DNA of 64,000 nucleotides from an uncultured virus (IMG/VR IMGVR_UViG_3300035670_000155) (taxonomy: Duplodnaviria > Heunggongvirae > Uroviricota > Caudoviricetes): the IMG/VR virus record IMGVR_UViG_3300035670_000155; one strand, written 5' to 3'. Positions 10,439 to 20,688 of this stretch are shown one piece after another. The notes beneath the pieces were generated by a model. The model made no database searches and had not been told where the DNA came from. It saw nothing but the letters and a program-made list of their open reading frames with translations. The position numbers were made by a program, and so were the translations under genes. The first letter of the stretch is position 1, and every line of letters starts with the position of its first letter.

Positions 10439-12561
10439 TGAGCGAAATTCTCAAAGAGCGCAATGGAGGCTGGACTGCCTATGTAAGCGGAGCTGGCGGC
10501 GGAGGCGGAGGCGGCGGCAAGGGCGGGAAAGGTGGTGGTCGGAGGCCTGAGGAGGATCCAGAATCGCTCAGAAGCCGCTCTGAAGCGCTAGTGGTGGCAG
10601 TATTTAGCGAAGGAGAGATACAAGGCTTTGAGGACGGCGTGGACCCTCTCACGCGCATCTACTTAGACAACACTCCCATCAAAAACCAGGACGGCAGCTT
10701 CAACTTCAGTATTAGCTATTTTTACACCGGCAGCGCCACTGATGCCAATGGGAAAGGAGCATTTCTTGGGGCCATTGCATCTTCCATTCCATCGCTAAAC
10801 AGAGCAAGTGCCACTGGCGCTGTGGATTCATTAGTGGTGGATTATCGCACTGGCACTCAAAATCAAGATCCCATGCCAGGGTTTGATGATGTGAGAGTAG
10901 AGCAGGCCGTTGGCGTGAAGCTTACCAAGGCGATTGGCTCTGTCTCCAGGACTACCATTAGTTCCTTACTGAGCAAAGTTCGCATTCGCGTTGGCATTGG
11001 CGCCTTGTTTCGCGTGGATAAAGACAGTGGCGACGTAAAAGGCGAGACTGTCACCTTCAATATCAAAATACGTCCTGACGGAGGCGGCACTTTTGTTAAT
11101 GAAGATAAAACAATTTCAGGCAAAAGCAGGGGCCCTGTTGATTTTGAGTATGAATATGATTTGCAGGGCTCTGGCCCATGGGTGGTGACCATTGAAAGGA
11201 CCACTGACGACCCGGCAAGTACAAGCATTTCCAACGATTTATTTTTTAAGGCAATTGTTGGCATTTACGAAAAGTCCTTTCGCTACCCAAACACTGCGCT
11301 GCTTGGCCTGAAAATTGGCGCCGAAAACTTTACGGCAGTGCCGCAAGTGAGCGCCGACATGCTTGGCATGAAAATCAAAGTGCCAACCAATTACGACCCA
11401 TTGTCCCGTTCTTATTCCGGCATTTGGGGCGGCACATTTAAGACTGTTTGGAGCGACAATCCTGCCTGGGTATTTTATGACTTGCTTACCAACACTCGCT
11501 ATGGTGCCGGGGAGTTCATTACAGAAGCAAACGTAGACAAATATTCTCTCTATTCCATTGCCCAATACTGCGACGAACTGGTTCCCGATGGGAAGGGAGG
11601 CTTGGAGCCTCGCCTCACTTTCAATGGCTACATCACTGATAGGGCGGAAGCTTATGAAGTGCTGAATGCGCTTGCCGCATCTTTTCGTGGCATGCTTTAT
11701 TTCAGTGAAGGGCTAGTTGTTCCCATTCAAGACAAGCCCAAGTCAATTACAAAAATCTTTTCGCCCGCGAACACCTTGCAGGAGGTTGATGATAGTGGCA
11801 ATATTTCTGAGCCGCCATTCACTTACGAAGGCACTGCTCGCAAAGCCAGGAAGACCGTTGCGCTGGTTTCGTGGAACGATCCCAACGATCAGTACAAGGC
11901 AAAGATTGAATATGTGGAGGATAGAGAAGGGCTTGAGCGCTATGGCTATCAAGAGACGGAAGTCAGGGCATTTGGCACCACTTCTCAAGGGCAAGCTCAA
12001 CGTGTTGGTAGATGGACGTTGCTTAGCGATCAGCTTGAGACGGAAATTGTCACCTTCAAAACTTCATCAGAAGGCTTCTTTGTCCTGCCGGGGGAAGTGA
12101 TTGGCATTGCCGATCCCGCGAAAGGCGGCAAGCGTTATGGGGGCAGGATCTTAGAAGCAACTGTTTCGTCCCTTTCCATCGATGCTCCATTTACCATCCT
12201 GCCCGGCTCCTCTTACCAAGCCTCTGTGATGCTGCCAGACGGTACTGTGGAAAGCCGCACGGTATTGAACGCCCCAGGAGAAACGAGCGTGTTATCGCTT
12301 TCTCCTGCTCTGTCCGACCAGCCCATTGCCGGCGCCCCATGGGTACTGCAAGAAGATAACGATGGCACGAGAACATTCAGGGTGGTTTCCGTAGTGGAAG
12401 ATCAAGGCATTGTTACGGTGATGGCTTCGTTGTATAACGAAGACAAGTTTACACTCACTGACAACAGCACCATTATTGGACTCTCTCGTACTTCCGTCGC
12501 TGGTCCCCAAGTAGTGCCTAGCGTGCAGGGAGGTAGTATTACTTTGGAGGTGACGCAATAA
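10438..12561 (+). CDS. tail tip/host specificity protein (lambda gpJ-like, short)
   Basis: SEGEIQG, YPNTAL, WSDNPAWVFYDLLTN, QAQRVGRW motifs. Confidence 0.9.
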   Translation: MSEILKERNGGWTAYVSGAGGGGGGGGKGGKGGGRRPEEDPESLRSRSEALVVAVFSEGEIQGFEDGVDPLTRIYLDNTPIKNQDGSFNFSISYFYTGSATDANGKGAFLGAIASSIPSLNRASATGAVDSLVVDYRTGTQNQDPMPGFDDVRVEQAVGVKLTKAIGSVSRTTISSLLSKVRIRVGIGALFRVDKDSGDVKGETVTFNIKIRPDGGGTFVNEDKTISGKSRGPVDFEYEYDLQGSGPWVVTIERTTDDPASTSISNDLFFKAIVGIYEKSFRYPNTALLGLKIGAENFTAVPQVSADMLGMKIKVPTNYDPLSRSYSGIWGGTFKTVWSDNPAWVFYDLLTNTRYGAGEFITEANVDKYSLYSIAQYCDELVPDGKGGLEPRLTFNGYITDRAEAYEVLNALAASFRGMLYFSEGLVVPIQDKPKSITKIFSPANTLQEVDDSGNISEPPFTYEGTARKARKTVALVSWNDPNDQYKAKIEYVEDREGLERYGYQETEVRAFGTTSQGQAQRVGRWTLLSDQLETEIVTFKTSSEGFFVLPGEVIGIADPAKGGKRYGGRILEATVSSLSIDAPFTILPGSSYQASVMLPDGTVESRTVLNAPGETSVLSLSPALSDQPIAGAPWVLQEDNDGTRTFRVVSVVEDQGIVTVMASLYNEDKFTLTDNSTIIGLSRTSVAGPQVVPSVQGGSITLEVTQ

Positions 12562-12956
12562 TGGCCTACAACGAAGCGTCATGGACATTCCCTCAGTACT
12601 CTGCCTATTCAGTGCTCAATGCCATCCATCCGGCCGTTTGCTGGAATCCGCCACAGAATAATCCTTTTATAGCCGCTTTTGAAGTGGACTATTTGGACAC
12701 AATTGACAATCAATGGATAAGAATTGGCACCACTGCTTCTAATTACATTCGCTTCCCATCGGACGTTTACACTACCAACGGTTCCTACCGCATTAGAGTT
12801 GCTACAATTGGCATCAATGGCAGAAAGTCTCCGTTTGCCTATAGCACTGTTGTGCTAGCCAGTCCTTTAGTTTTTGACTTCACTGCTGCTCAAGAGGTGC
12901 GTTATTCTGACGGCACGACTGTTCCAAACCAGCGCTATTTGTTCTTGATTCTTTGA
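12561..12956 (+). CDS. fibronectin-III-like tail protein
   Basis: W...FEVDY...YRIRVATIGINGRKSP FN3 pattern; translationally coupled to J. Confidence 0.6.
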   Translation: MAYNEASWTFPQYSAYSVLNAIHPAVCWNPPQNNPFIAAFEVDYLDTIDNQWIRIGTTASNYIRFPSDVYTTNGSYRIRVATIGINGRKSPFAYSTVVLASPLVFDFTAAQEVRYSDGTTVPNQRYLFLIL

Positions 12957-12957
12957 C

Positions 12958-13368
12958 ATGGCCAATCTTTACGGACTCGATGCTCTTGGAAATGCCGCCT
13001 ACATTCGAGCCACTGGCGCTGGGAGCAATGGCGACCCTTATGTAGTGCAGAATGACCTGTATAACGCAGGCCTGAAAAGCGCTCAAATCACGAACACTGC
13101 CAGCGCCGATGTGATTACTGGAGTGGCAAGCACAAAGCTGCGAGTGCTTTCTATGGCAATCACCTCTGCTTCTGGCTGCACTATTAAGCTTCAAAGTGGA
13201 GCATCTTCTGACAAGACGCCTCCGTTTCATCTCGCTGCCAATGGCAACATTACACTCTCCAATCCATTGGGACTTTTTGAAAGCGCAAGTGGCGAAAAAA
13301 TCAATGCAGTGGTGAGTGGCACCACCACTTATTCAGTGTTTCTGTCCTATCGCGAAGTGCCGGCATGA
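12958..13368 (+). CDS. putative virion protein
   Basis: Beta-rich ORF within the tail operon. Confidence 0.55.
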   Translation: MANLYGLDALGNAAYIRATGAGSNGDPYVVQNDLYNAGLKSAQITNTASADVITGVASTKLRVLSMAITSASGCTIKLQSGASSDKTPPFHLAANGNITLSNPLGLFESASGEKINAVVSGTTTYSVFLSYREVPA

Positions 13369-14063
13369 GTAATTTTCTCTCTACTTCCATTGCTCCTCGT
13401 GTTGATCTCTATTTGCTACGTAGGGATTATTTCGATGGAATGGGGCTGCTTTTGCAAACAGCCAGCGGCACCCCTTACGATCTGAGCGGCGTACAGGTAT
13501 GCGCCACTGTTTGGAAGAAAACGGGAGACACATCATACTCTCAAATTGCAAGCGTCAACGTCGAAGAGGAAGAGCCGCTTCGTAATGGCAAAATTCGTCT
13601 TTGGCTTACTTCCAGTCAAACCGCCGCCATTTGGGATGCCTATGGCAGTAGTCAATCTCCAGGCGGCATCTTCTTTCCAAGTGCCTACACGCAAGAGGCT
13701 TCAATCGCAGAATATTCGCCATTGTTCTGGGACGTACGAATTGAAGCGCAAGAATATCTCACCGACCTCATTTCAGTGAGTGGCGGCACGTTTATCAGTC
13801 AAAACAATCATACGCTAGGAGGCCCCGAGCGAGTGGTGTTCAGCGGCACCACTTCTTCTGGCATCAATTTTGATAATACCGTCGCTACAGTTTATAGCGG
13901 CCTTACTGACATTTCATACTTGCCTCCTTATTCTTTTACCATTCCAGCCCTTTCTGGAGTGACAAACGCCTCTATTGGTGGCGCAGTCTATAGACTGAGA
14001 CAAGACACTGTAATTGCTGGCAATGTAATTGTTAGCACCACTCTCTCCAATTGCTTCCCTTAA
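13365..14063 (+). CDS. putative virion/baseplate-upper-like protein
   Basis: PYDLSG...GKIRLWLTSSQTA...WDVRI pattern. Confidence 0.5.
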   Translation: MSNFLSTSIAPRVDLYLLRRDYFDGMGLLLQTASGTPYDLSGVQVCATVWKKTGDTSYSQIASVNVEEEEPLRNGKIRLWLTSSQTAAIWDAYGSSQSPGGIFFPSAYTQEASIAEYSPLFWDVRIEAQEYLTDLISVSGGTFISQNNHTLGGPERVVFSGTTSSGINFDNTVATVYSGLTDISYLPPYSFTIPALSGVTNASIGGAVYRLRQDTVIAGNVIVSTTLSNCFP

Positions 14064-14072
14064 AGAATTGTC

Positions 14073-15818
14073 ATGGCTGATTTGCAAGAAGGCGTAAGTG
14101 TAGTTACTATTGGACGCACTGCTCCTATTCCTCCTGGGCAGCAAACCATGGCAGACAGTCTGCCTGTGGTTATCGCTAGCGACCAGACGGCAGTGCCGGT
14201 GGAGGTGGCCAACCAGCAAATCAGCGAAGTTAGCTTGAGTTTACTTGGGGTGCCTCGCGCTGAAGTAGCGCTTGGTATTTTTGCAGACGTTACCACTTAC
14301 GATATCAACCCAAATGAATGGGCAAGTGAAGGCGGTGGCACCACCACTCATATTGCCAATGAAAGCGCAGCGAAAGTGGCGCTTGGCGTGGCCACGACAA
14401 ACAACTATCAAATTCTTAGTAGCAAGCGCTTTTTCCGTTACCAACCCGGTCGTGTGAGCGCTGCAACTTTCGGCGTAAGGGCGTCGGTATCGAACGATTC
14501 CACGGACATTAAGAAGTTTGGAGCTTTTGACAAGCGCGATGGATATTACATCGAAGTGCAAGGTGGTAGCCAAACGAGCAGCGCCGACAAGGAGTTTAAT
14601 TTTTATTGCGTGAGGCGCAGCAATGCCTTTGAAAGTAACGAGGCTGGCATTCGCACTCCCAATGTTGCAGACGGTGACATTGGCACGGCAGGCACAGATC
14701 TTGTGATTGTTCGAGCCGGTCTCACCTACATTCACGCGGGATTGTTTGACAGAAGCGTTCGCGGCAGTGGGGGTGTAAATATTGGCGGCATTGCATCTTC
14801 TGACGGCACCACAAGTGTTTCGTCGTCTTTTATTGCAGTGGAGCCCTCTTATCGCTACACCTACGAATATCGCGTGCCGCGTAAGTATTTCAGCCATGAC
14901 CGGCTAGATGGTGAAACAAAAGCTCAATACTATTCAGACAAAACTCCAGGCCGCAATTCATTCACTCTTTCCATTGGAGGCACTGCTTCTTCTCCCGTAG
15001 TCACTTATACCAATGGCAGCACTGTCGTTGATGCGAATGGCGACGTAGTAAGCGACACCAGCGTGTGGAACATCGACTTTTCAAAAGTGACGATGTTTAA
15101 GACGGAATATAGCTGGTACGGCGCAGTTGGCGGTCATTTTTTGGCATATGTACCTGACGCCACCAGCACTGGTGAAGCGCGATGGGTGAGGATTCATCAC
15201 ATTAGAGCTTCCAACCAACTGACGAGCCCGAGCCTAGCCAACCCTACGCTTCCCATCTCTTATTTGGCGCAAAAGGCTACTAGCGCCAATGAATGCGCCA
15301 TTTACAAATATGGAGCCTCTTATTATATCGATGGAGGGGACAAGGGAACGATCACTGCTCGCTCCGAGAGCAATGTTGCTGATCGCACAGTGACAGTTAG
15401 TGGCACGATGCTGGTTGGCATTCAAGTGAAGGAAAATATCAATTCCATTCGCAATCGCATGCAAGTTTATCCCACTCGTCTTGGCGTGGGAAGCAGCGGG
15501 CGTGCAGTTGTCAAACTCATCAAAAACCCCACCACTGTTTCCGGCACTCCATCGTTCACAAGTGCTGCTACGCTTAGCCCTGTCAATGTGACCACCACGA
15601 GCGGCGTCGTTACGCTTTCGGGCGGCATCAATGTAGCCACTTTCTACGTGGGCGCTGGTGGTGTTGATCTTGATTTGGCTCCTTATTTTGGCTACAACAA
15701 AGACTACCTTTCCTACCCATTGACCGCTGCCGCTGGCGACGCCCTCTATGTGTTTGCCCAAGGCATTGGGGCAAGTGCAGACATGAGCGCATCGCTAACG
15801 TGGGAAGAGCAGGTGTAG
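14073..15818 (+). CDS. virion structural protein, RYQPG family (paralog 1)
   Basis: SKRFFRYQPGR, SWYGAVG, YIDGGDKG, LTWEEQ shared with the next gene. Confidence 0.65.
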   Translation: MADLQEGVSVVTIGRTAPIPPGQQTMADSLPVVIASDQTAVPVEVANQQISEVSLSLLGVPRAEVALGIFADVTTYDINPNEWASEGGGTTTHIANESAAKVALGVATTNNYQILSSKRFFRYQPGRVSAATFGVRASVSNDSTDIKKFGAFDKRDGYYIEVQGGSQTSSADKEFNFYCVRRSNAFESNEAGIRTPNVADGDIGTAGTDLVIVRAGLTYIHAGLFDRSVRGSGGVNIGGIASSDGTTSVSSSFIAVEPSYRYTYEYRVPRKYFSHDRLDGETKAQYYSDKTPGRNSFTLSIGGTASSPVVTYTNGSTVVDANGDVVSDTSVWNIDFSKVTMFKTEYSWYGAVGGHFLAYVPDATSTGEARWVRIHHIRASNQLTSPSLANPTLPISYLAQKATSANECAIYKYGASYYIDGGDKGTITARSESNVADRTVTVSGTMLVGIQVKENINSIRNRMQVYPTRLGVGSSGRAVVKLIKNPTTVSGTPSFTSAATLSPVNVTTTSGVVTLSGGINVATFYVGAGGVDLDLAPYFGYNKDYLSYPLTAAAGDALYVFAQGIGASADMSASLTWEEQV

Positions 15819-15829
15819 GAGGCTCTTAA

Positions 15830-18214
15830 ATGACAACTATCTCGGGGTACTATCAACTGCCCGACGATGCTGCGCCTGCAGGCGATGAGCTGATTGATGC
15901 AGAGCTTATTGATTTTTTGACTGGCGACTCTTTGATTGATCCGGCCGATCAGGAAAAGCTAACTGGCGACGCGAAGGGCACATTGGTACTGGTTGCCGAC
16001 GAAGGCCTCACTCCAGCAGTTATTACCAACTCGACAAGCTCCAAAATTTCTGTTGATATTACTAACAGAAACCAAAGCGAAGTGTCCAGCACTTTGCTTG
16101 GCATAGAAAGAAGTGAAACAGCTCTTGGTTTGTTTGACGCAGTAAACATCTATGGCGTAAATGATAAAGAGTTTTATGCTGGACCAAGCGCTGCGGGTTA
16201 TCAATATGCAACTGATCCCACAGATTGGACTTTTGCTGATGACTATGGTTATTTTTGGCGGCACATTCCAGCAGAAAGCGCCTTACAGGCCTATGCGTTT
16301 CCCCCTCCCATTAGTTTTACTTATCTAGTTGACGACAACAGTGGGCGCTTTCCTGGCGGCAAAACCGATGGTTCAATGAGAACCTTCTGGGAAAGCAAGC
16401 GTGCATTTCGCTACCAGCCCGGAAGAGTGAATGGCTTCACTTTTGGCGTGAGAATGTCTACAGGCAGCGATTACGAAGGAGAAGTGGTGCGATGGGGATG
16501 TAGAAATAGCGTGGGGGATGGTTATTTCTTTCAGCTTGAAAAGGGAAGTGACTTGTACATTGTGCGCACTTCGCCTGACCTTGGTACGCTAAAAGTGGGT
16601 CGTGATAGTTGGAATGGCGATCCTATTCAGCCGAACGAAGGCTCTACTGGCTGGAACCTTGACTTGTCGCGAGTGACAATGTTCAAGATTGAATTTAGCT
16701 GGTACGGAGCCGTTGGGGCAAAGTTTTTAGCTTATGTGCCCATTGATCATGATGAAGCAAGATGGGTGACGCTGCATTATATTTTTGCAGAAAATCAATT
16801 TACCGTACCTAGCCTGCGCAGTCCATTTTTGAAGCTTTTTGTGGAGGCGCAAACCACAGCAGGCGCCACTTCTCCCGCCTTCATCAATCTCTACGGAAGC
16901 AGTGTCTACATCGATGGAGGAGACAAGGGCACGGTTACGACTGGCGCTGCGGGACTCGATAGCTTAAAGCCAATCGACAGCACACCTCGCTCTTTGATTG
17001 GTTTGCAAGTCAAGAGCACGATCAATGGAGTGGTGAACAGAAAGGCTGTATTTCCGAACGGGCTTTCAGCTTTTGCTACCACTGATGCTCGCCTTGATTT
17101 AGTGTTTCAGCAAAACGGCATTTGCGGGCAAGAAAGCTATTTCTATGGCAATGGAACGGCGCTTACTGGCGATGCGGCTTCTGGTATTACAGTGACAAGG
17201 GCGGGAGCCAATGTCCTAATCACTCCATCGGGACAATTCTTCCCGGATATTACGGCCGAAATAGCAGGCAGTGCAGATTATCGCTCGGGACGCAAAACTA
17301 AAGTCATAGGCACAAACATTTTTAATACTCACGTTGCATCTATTTCAAGCGATCTGACAACAATTGTTACAGACAGGGCCATTCCTGCAGGCACGACAAG
17401 CATTACGCTTGGTCGCATGAATAACTATGCGGTGAGCAGCGGTTTTGTTTCTAGCGGCGTTATGGCCGGCACGGTATTTCGCAGCTTTACAAGCGGCTAC
17501 GCTCGCATTGGACTACTTCCAAATGCAAGTGGCATTTCCTATGATCCACTCACTGATACAGTTCTTTGGCTTGCCTCTGAATATCCAGGATTGCAATTTA
17601 ACAGGGTGGGGCAAGTAACTGGAGAAGTTAGCGTCGGAAGAAGTTTTGGCACTTGCAATCAAACAACTGATTTCTCCATTGCATTCCCCAACGCAAGCAC
17701 CACAACTATCACGGCAGCAGGACGCTCGATCACTGTTTCAGGCAACAATCCATGGCCAATTCGGCTTGTCGTTGAAGGGCACGCTGGCAGTGTCGTTTCT
17801 GACGTGGTGCTAGCAGAGCAGGCATTGGCCACGCGCTTGATTCCGGGTAGTGGTTCAACGCAAGCTCAAACTTCATGGCCTTTGACCAGTGGTATCACTG
17901 AAAGTTCCACTGCTGCTGGGGGCACTGACTATGTGGCCAATAAGTTTGAAGACAGTTTGGCTGATCCATTGAGCGCAACATTGGTGGACAGACAGGGACA
18001 AAGGGTGTTGAGAGGCGGCCAGCGCGTGGCCACGTATTTTATTGCTAGCGGAGAAAGCCGCCAGTTTGATCTCAGCCCCTTGTTCGGTCCCGATAAAATG
18101 TTTATAACGGGCCAACCAGGAAGCATTGAAAGCACAGGCGCTCTTTTTGTAGTGGCCACTGCTCGCACCGCTTCAGGGGAAGCAAGCGTAAGTCTTAACT
18201 GGGAGGAACAATAA
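15830..18214 (+). CDS. virion structural protein, RYQPG family (paralog 2)
   Basis: SKRAFRYQPGR, SWYGAVG, YIDGGDKG, LNWEEQ. Confidence 0.65.
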   Translation: MTTISGYYQLPDDAAPAGDELIDAELIDFLTGDSLIDPADQEKLTGDAKGTLVLVADEGLTPAVITNSTSSKISVDITNRNQSEVSSTLLGIERSETALGLFDAVNIYGVNDKEFYAGPSAAGYQYATDPTDWTFADDYGYFWRHIPAESALQAYAFPPPISFTYLVDDNSGRFPGGKTDGSMRTFWESKRAFRYQPGRVNGFTFGVRMSTGSDYEGEVVRWGCRNSVGDGYFFQLEKGSDLYIVRTSPDLGTLKVGRDSWNGDPIQPNEGSTGWNLDLSRVTMFKIEFSWYGAVGAKFLAYVPIDHDEARWVTLHYIFAENQFTVPSLRSPFLKLFVEAQTTAGATSPAFINLYGSSVYIDGGDKGTVTTGAAGLDSLKPIDSTPRSLIGLQVKSTINGVVNRKAVFPNGLSAFATTDARLDLVFQQNGICGQESYFYGNGTALTGDAASGITVTRAGANVLITPSGQFFPDITAEIAGSADYRSGRKTKVIGTNIFNTHVASISSDLTTIVTDRAIPAGTTSITLGRMNNYAVSSGFVSSGVMAGTVFRSFTSGYARIGLLPNASGISYDPLTDTVLWLASEYPGLQFNRVGQVTGEVSVGRSFGTCNQTTDFSIAFPNASTTTITAAGRSITVSGNNPWPIRLVVEGHAGSVVSDVVLAEQALATRLIPGSGSTQAQTSWPLTSGITESSTAAGGTDYVANKFEDSLADPLSATLVDRQGQRVLRGGQRVATYFIASGESRQFDLSPLFGPDKMFITGQPGSIESTGALFVVATARTASGEASVSLNWEEQ

Positions 18215-18771
18215 TGGCCTTTGCAGGCTTGGTCGCAGCTCAAAATTTAAGCGATGTGGCCAGCGCAGAAGTGGCCTGGGATAATTTAGGCAATGGCATT
18301 AGTTATGTAATTAACGACGCAACTGTTAGCGGAGTTGTTATTAAAGGGGCCGATATTTTAGCTCTTAATGGCGTGAGCAGGGTAAGTGCTCGTGACTTGC
18401 TCTTGTTGAAAGGACTAACAAGCAATGCGCAGTCCCGACTTAATACCATTGCTGCTCAAGTGGCCAGCGGCGTTGTTCTGCAAAACAATGCGCTTCTCAA
18501 GGCTTCTCCATCGTCTGTTGGCGACTATTCGCTAAATGGAGCACTGTCTGTACAGTCACTGCGAATCAACGGGAATAATGCACAGTCTTTATCTTCTTCT
18601 CCATTTGCTAGCGGCGTTGCCACGACAAGCATTTTACTGGACAAACTGATTGTTAATAGTGGCGTGGTGATAGAAAATGCAATTACTAGCGGCACTGTAT
18701 CCTCGCCGGAGGTTGCCATTCCCATTGAAGAGGCTGGCTATATTTACTACTTAAAGGCGGGGCAGTCATGA
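18214..18771 (+). CDS. tail fibre-associated protein
   Basis: N-terminal NLSDV...AWDNLG motif. Confidence 0.55.
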   Translation: MAFAGLVAAQNLSDVASAEVAWDNLGNGISYVINDATVSGVVIKGADILALNGVSRVSARDLLLLKGLTSNAQSRLNTIAAQVASGVVLQNNALLKASPSSVGDYSLNGALSVQSLRINGNNAQSLSSSPFASGVATTSILLDKLIVNSGVVIENAITSGTVSSPEVAIPIEEAGYIYYLKAGQS

Positions 18772-20096
18772 CGCAACAGTTTGGTTTTAGAGCCTCGCGA
18801 AGCCTTGCCGAAGTAGAAGATAGAAACGAATGCTGGGACAATCTCGGCATTGATCGCCGCGATCTTGCTTTGCTCGTTGGTACTAGTGCCGCCGGCGTTA
18901 CGGAAGGAGACTATTTCAACTGCAAAGACCTTACCACCTTCTTGGAGCTGCAAATTAGCGGCCTGACAGTTGGGGCTTCATCTGGCTTGACGGCCATGCT
19001 TGGCAAGATCAGCAAAAATGGCGACAGTGGCATTGCATACCTATCGGGCGCAACTGTTAATAATGACAGGGCTTATTATGACGTTAATTTTGATATTATT
19101 TCTGCATCAACTGACAGTTATTTCTCGCCAACGGCATCAGGCGGCTACGATGTCGGGGCCCAGTATTTAACGGGCCCAGTGTATGTGCCTGCTCTTACTG
19201 TTAGCGGGGTAAATTTTAAGGGAGAAACAAAAAGCTGGTCTTCTTATTTTGTTAAGTCAAGGCAATATTTTCAATTTACGGACAATGCAGCAGCGCAAAG
19301 ATATGCGCCTTTGTATCTGGGGCCGCCTTCAACCATTTCTTCAAACGTGCTGTGGCTTGATTCTGAATACAGCGCAATCACTTTGGAAGGTGCAGGGGTG
19401 AGGCGATGGGAAGATGTGTTGGGACGAGGCAATGCCGTGCAAACTGAAAGTGCTTACAGGCCAACAGTTATATCGTCCGAACTCAATGGAAAGGACGGAG
19501 TGTATTTTGATGGCAGCAATGACTTCTTGAACATTGGAACAATTGGAGGCTCCATCCCCTCTGCCGCCACTTTAGTGGTGGTCTTTAGCATTAGCAATTC
19601 GCTATCCGCTGGCGACACAAATTATTCAATTGTCAGTTCACTCGCTAATGTTTCTAGCGCATGGAGGGGAGGCTCGTGGGGGCTGTTCACCAGTGCGCTC
19701 ATTGGAGGTTTTCCGGCAAACATGCCAGTTAATGGCACTTTTGTAGCCACTGTTCGAGCTAGTTCAGCGTATGGCTTGGAAATGAGAATCAATGGGCAAC
19801 GACTATCATTTATTTCCCCTCCATCGTACTCCTATTCAAGCGCCGGCAGTTTTGTTATTGGCGTGAGCGATGCAGTGAGCAGGTCGCAAGCCTTCCGGGG
19901 GAGCATTCACGCCCTTGCCTTATTCAGTGAAGTGTTGTCCGACACACAAGTCAACTCGATGGAAGAATATTTTCGATGGAGGTATGGCTTCATTTTTGAT
20001 CCAGATGGCGCATCATTGTCATATACGCAAGTGCTGCATACCGAGCGAAATGCAATATGGTTATTAGAGGACGATTCTGAAGTGGAGGCTGGTTGA
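18768..20096 (+). CDS. tail protein with LamG/concanavalin-like domain
   Basis: LWLDS...WED...GN...Q...RP...FDGSNDFL; N-terminal SLAEV...WDNLG. Confidence 0.65.
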   Translation: MTQQFGFRASRSLAEVEDRNECWDNLGIDRRDLALLVGTSAAGVTEGDYFNCKDLTTFLELQISGLTVGASSGLTAMLGKISKNGDSGIAYLSGATVNNDRAYYDVNFDIISASTDSYFSPTASGGYDVGAQYLTGPVYVPALTVSGVNFKGETKSWSSYFVKSRQYFQFTDNAAAQRYAPLYLGPPSTISSNVLWLDSEYSAITLEGAGVRRWEDVLGRGNAVQTESAYRPTVISSELNGKDGVYFDGSNDFLNIGTIGGSIPSAATLVVVFSISNSLSAGDTNYSIVSSLANVSSAWRGGSWGLFTSALIGGFPANMPVNGTFVATVRASSAYGLEMRINGQRLSFISPPSYSYSSAGSFVIGVSDAVSRSQAFRGSIHALALFSEVLSDTQVNSMEEYFRWRYGFIFDPDGASLSYTQVLHTERNAIWLLEDDSEVEAG

Positions 20097-20626
20097 CAAT
20101 GACTCGCGGACTTGTCAGAAAGAACAATTTAAGCGATTTGCTCGACCCTATTCAGGCCAGGGTTAATCTCGGCTTGCAAACTGTTGACTATCAGCGCATT
20201 AGAGGCTTGTTTCTGTCTTCGGGAGTGAGCAATATAGAAGTGCAAAGGATTGCCAATTCATCGTCTAATTTCCAAGCGCAAGTCAATGCATCCACTGCAA
20301 TTCTTGCGACTATCACCCCGGCTCTCTACGCAAACAAGGCTGGAGACGTGCTGACTGGCACGTGGGCAAATGAAGGCAAGATTGGCGCTAGCGGCCTAGT
20401 GGTTAGCGGATCCGTTCTTTCTGGGAGCACTGACATTTTATTTTCCCGCTCTCTTCCATTGTCGTCTCTTCAGTTAGAGACAGCTTCTGGCGTCACAATG
20501 CCTAGCGGACTAAGCTTGAACAATCTTGTGGGCAGTGGCAATATCAGCGTGGAATCAGGAAAGACCATTGCCAACTACATGAGCGTTCAAGTGGCGGGCG
20601 TTCCATATCGCTTGGAAATTGTATAG
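20093..20626 (+). CDS. tail fibre-associated protein
   Basis: GLVRKNNLSDL...ARVNLGL motif. Confidence 0.55.
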   Translation: MTMTRGLVRKNNLSDLLDPIQARVNLGLQTVDYQRIRGLFLSSGVSNIEVQRIANSSSNFQAQVNASTAILATITPALYANKAGDVLTGTWANEGKIGASGLVVSGSVLSGSTDILFSRSLPLSSLQLETASGVTMPSGLSLNNLVGSGNISVESGKTIANYMSVQVAGVPYRLEIV

Positions 20627-20688
20627 AGAAAGAAGAACACATGTGAATGGTCTCTAGAATGTCACTATCTTCTGGCGCAAACTAAACC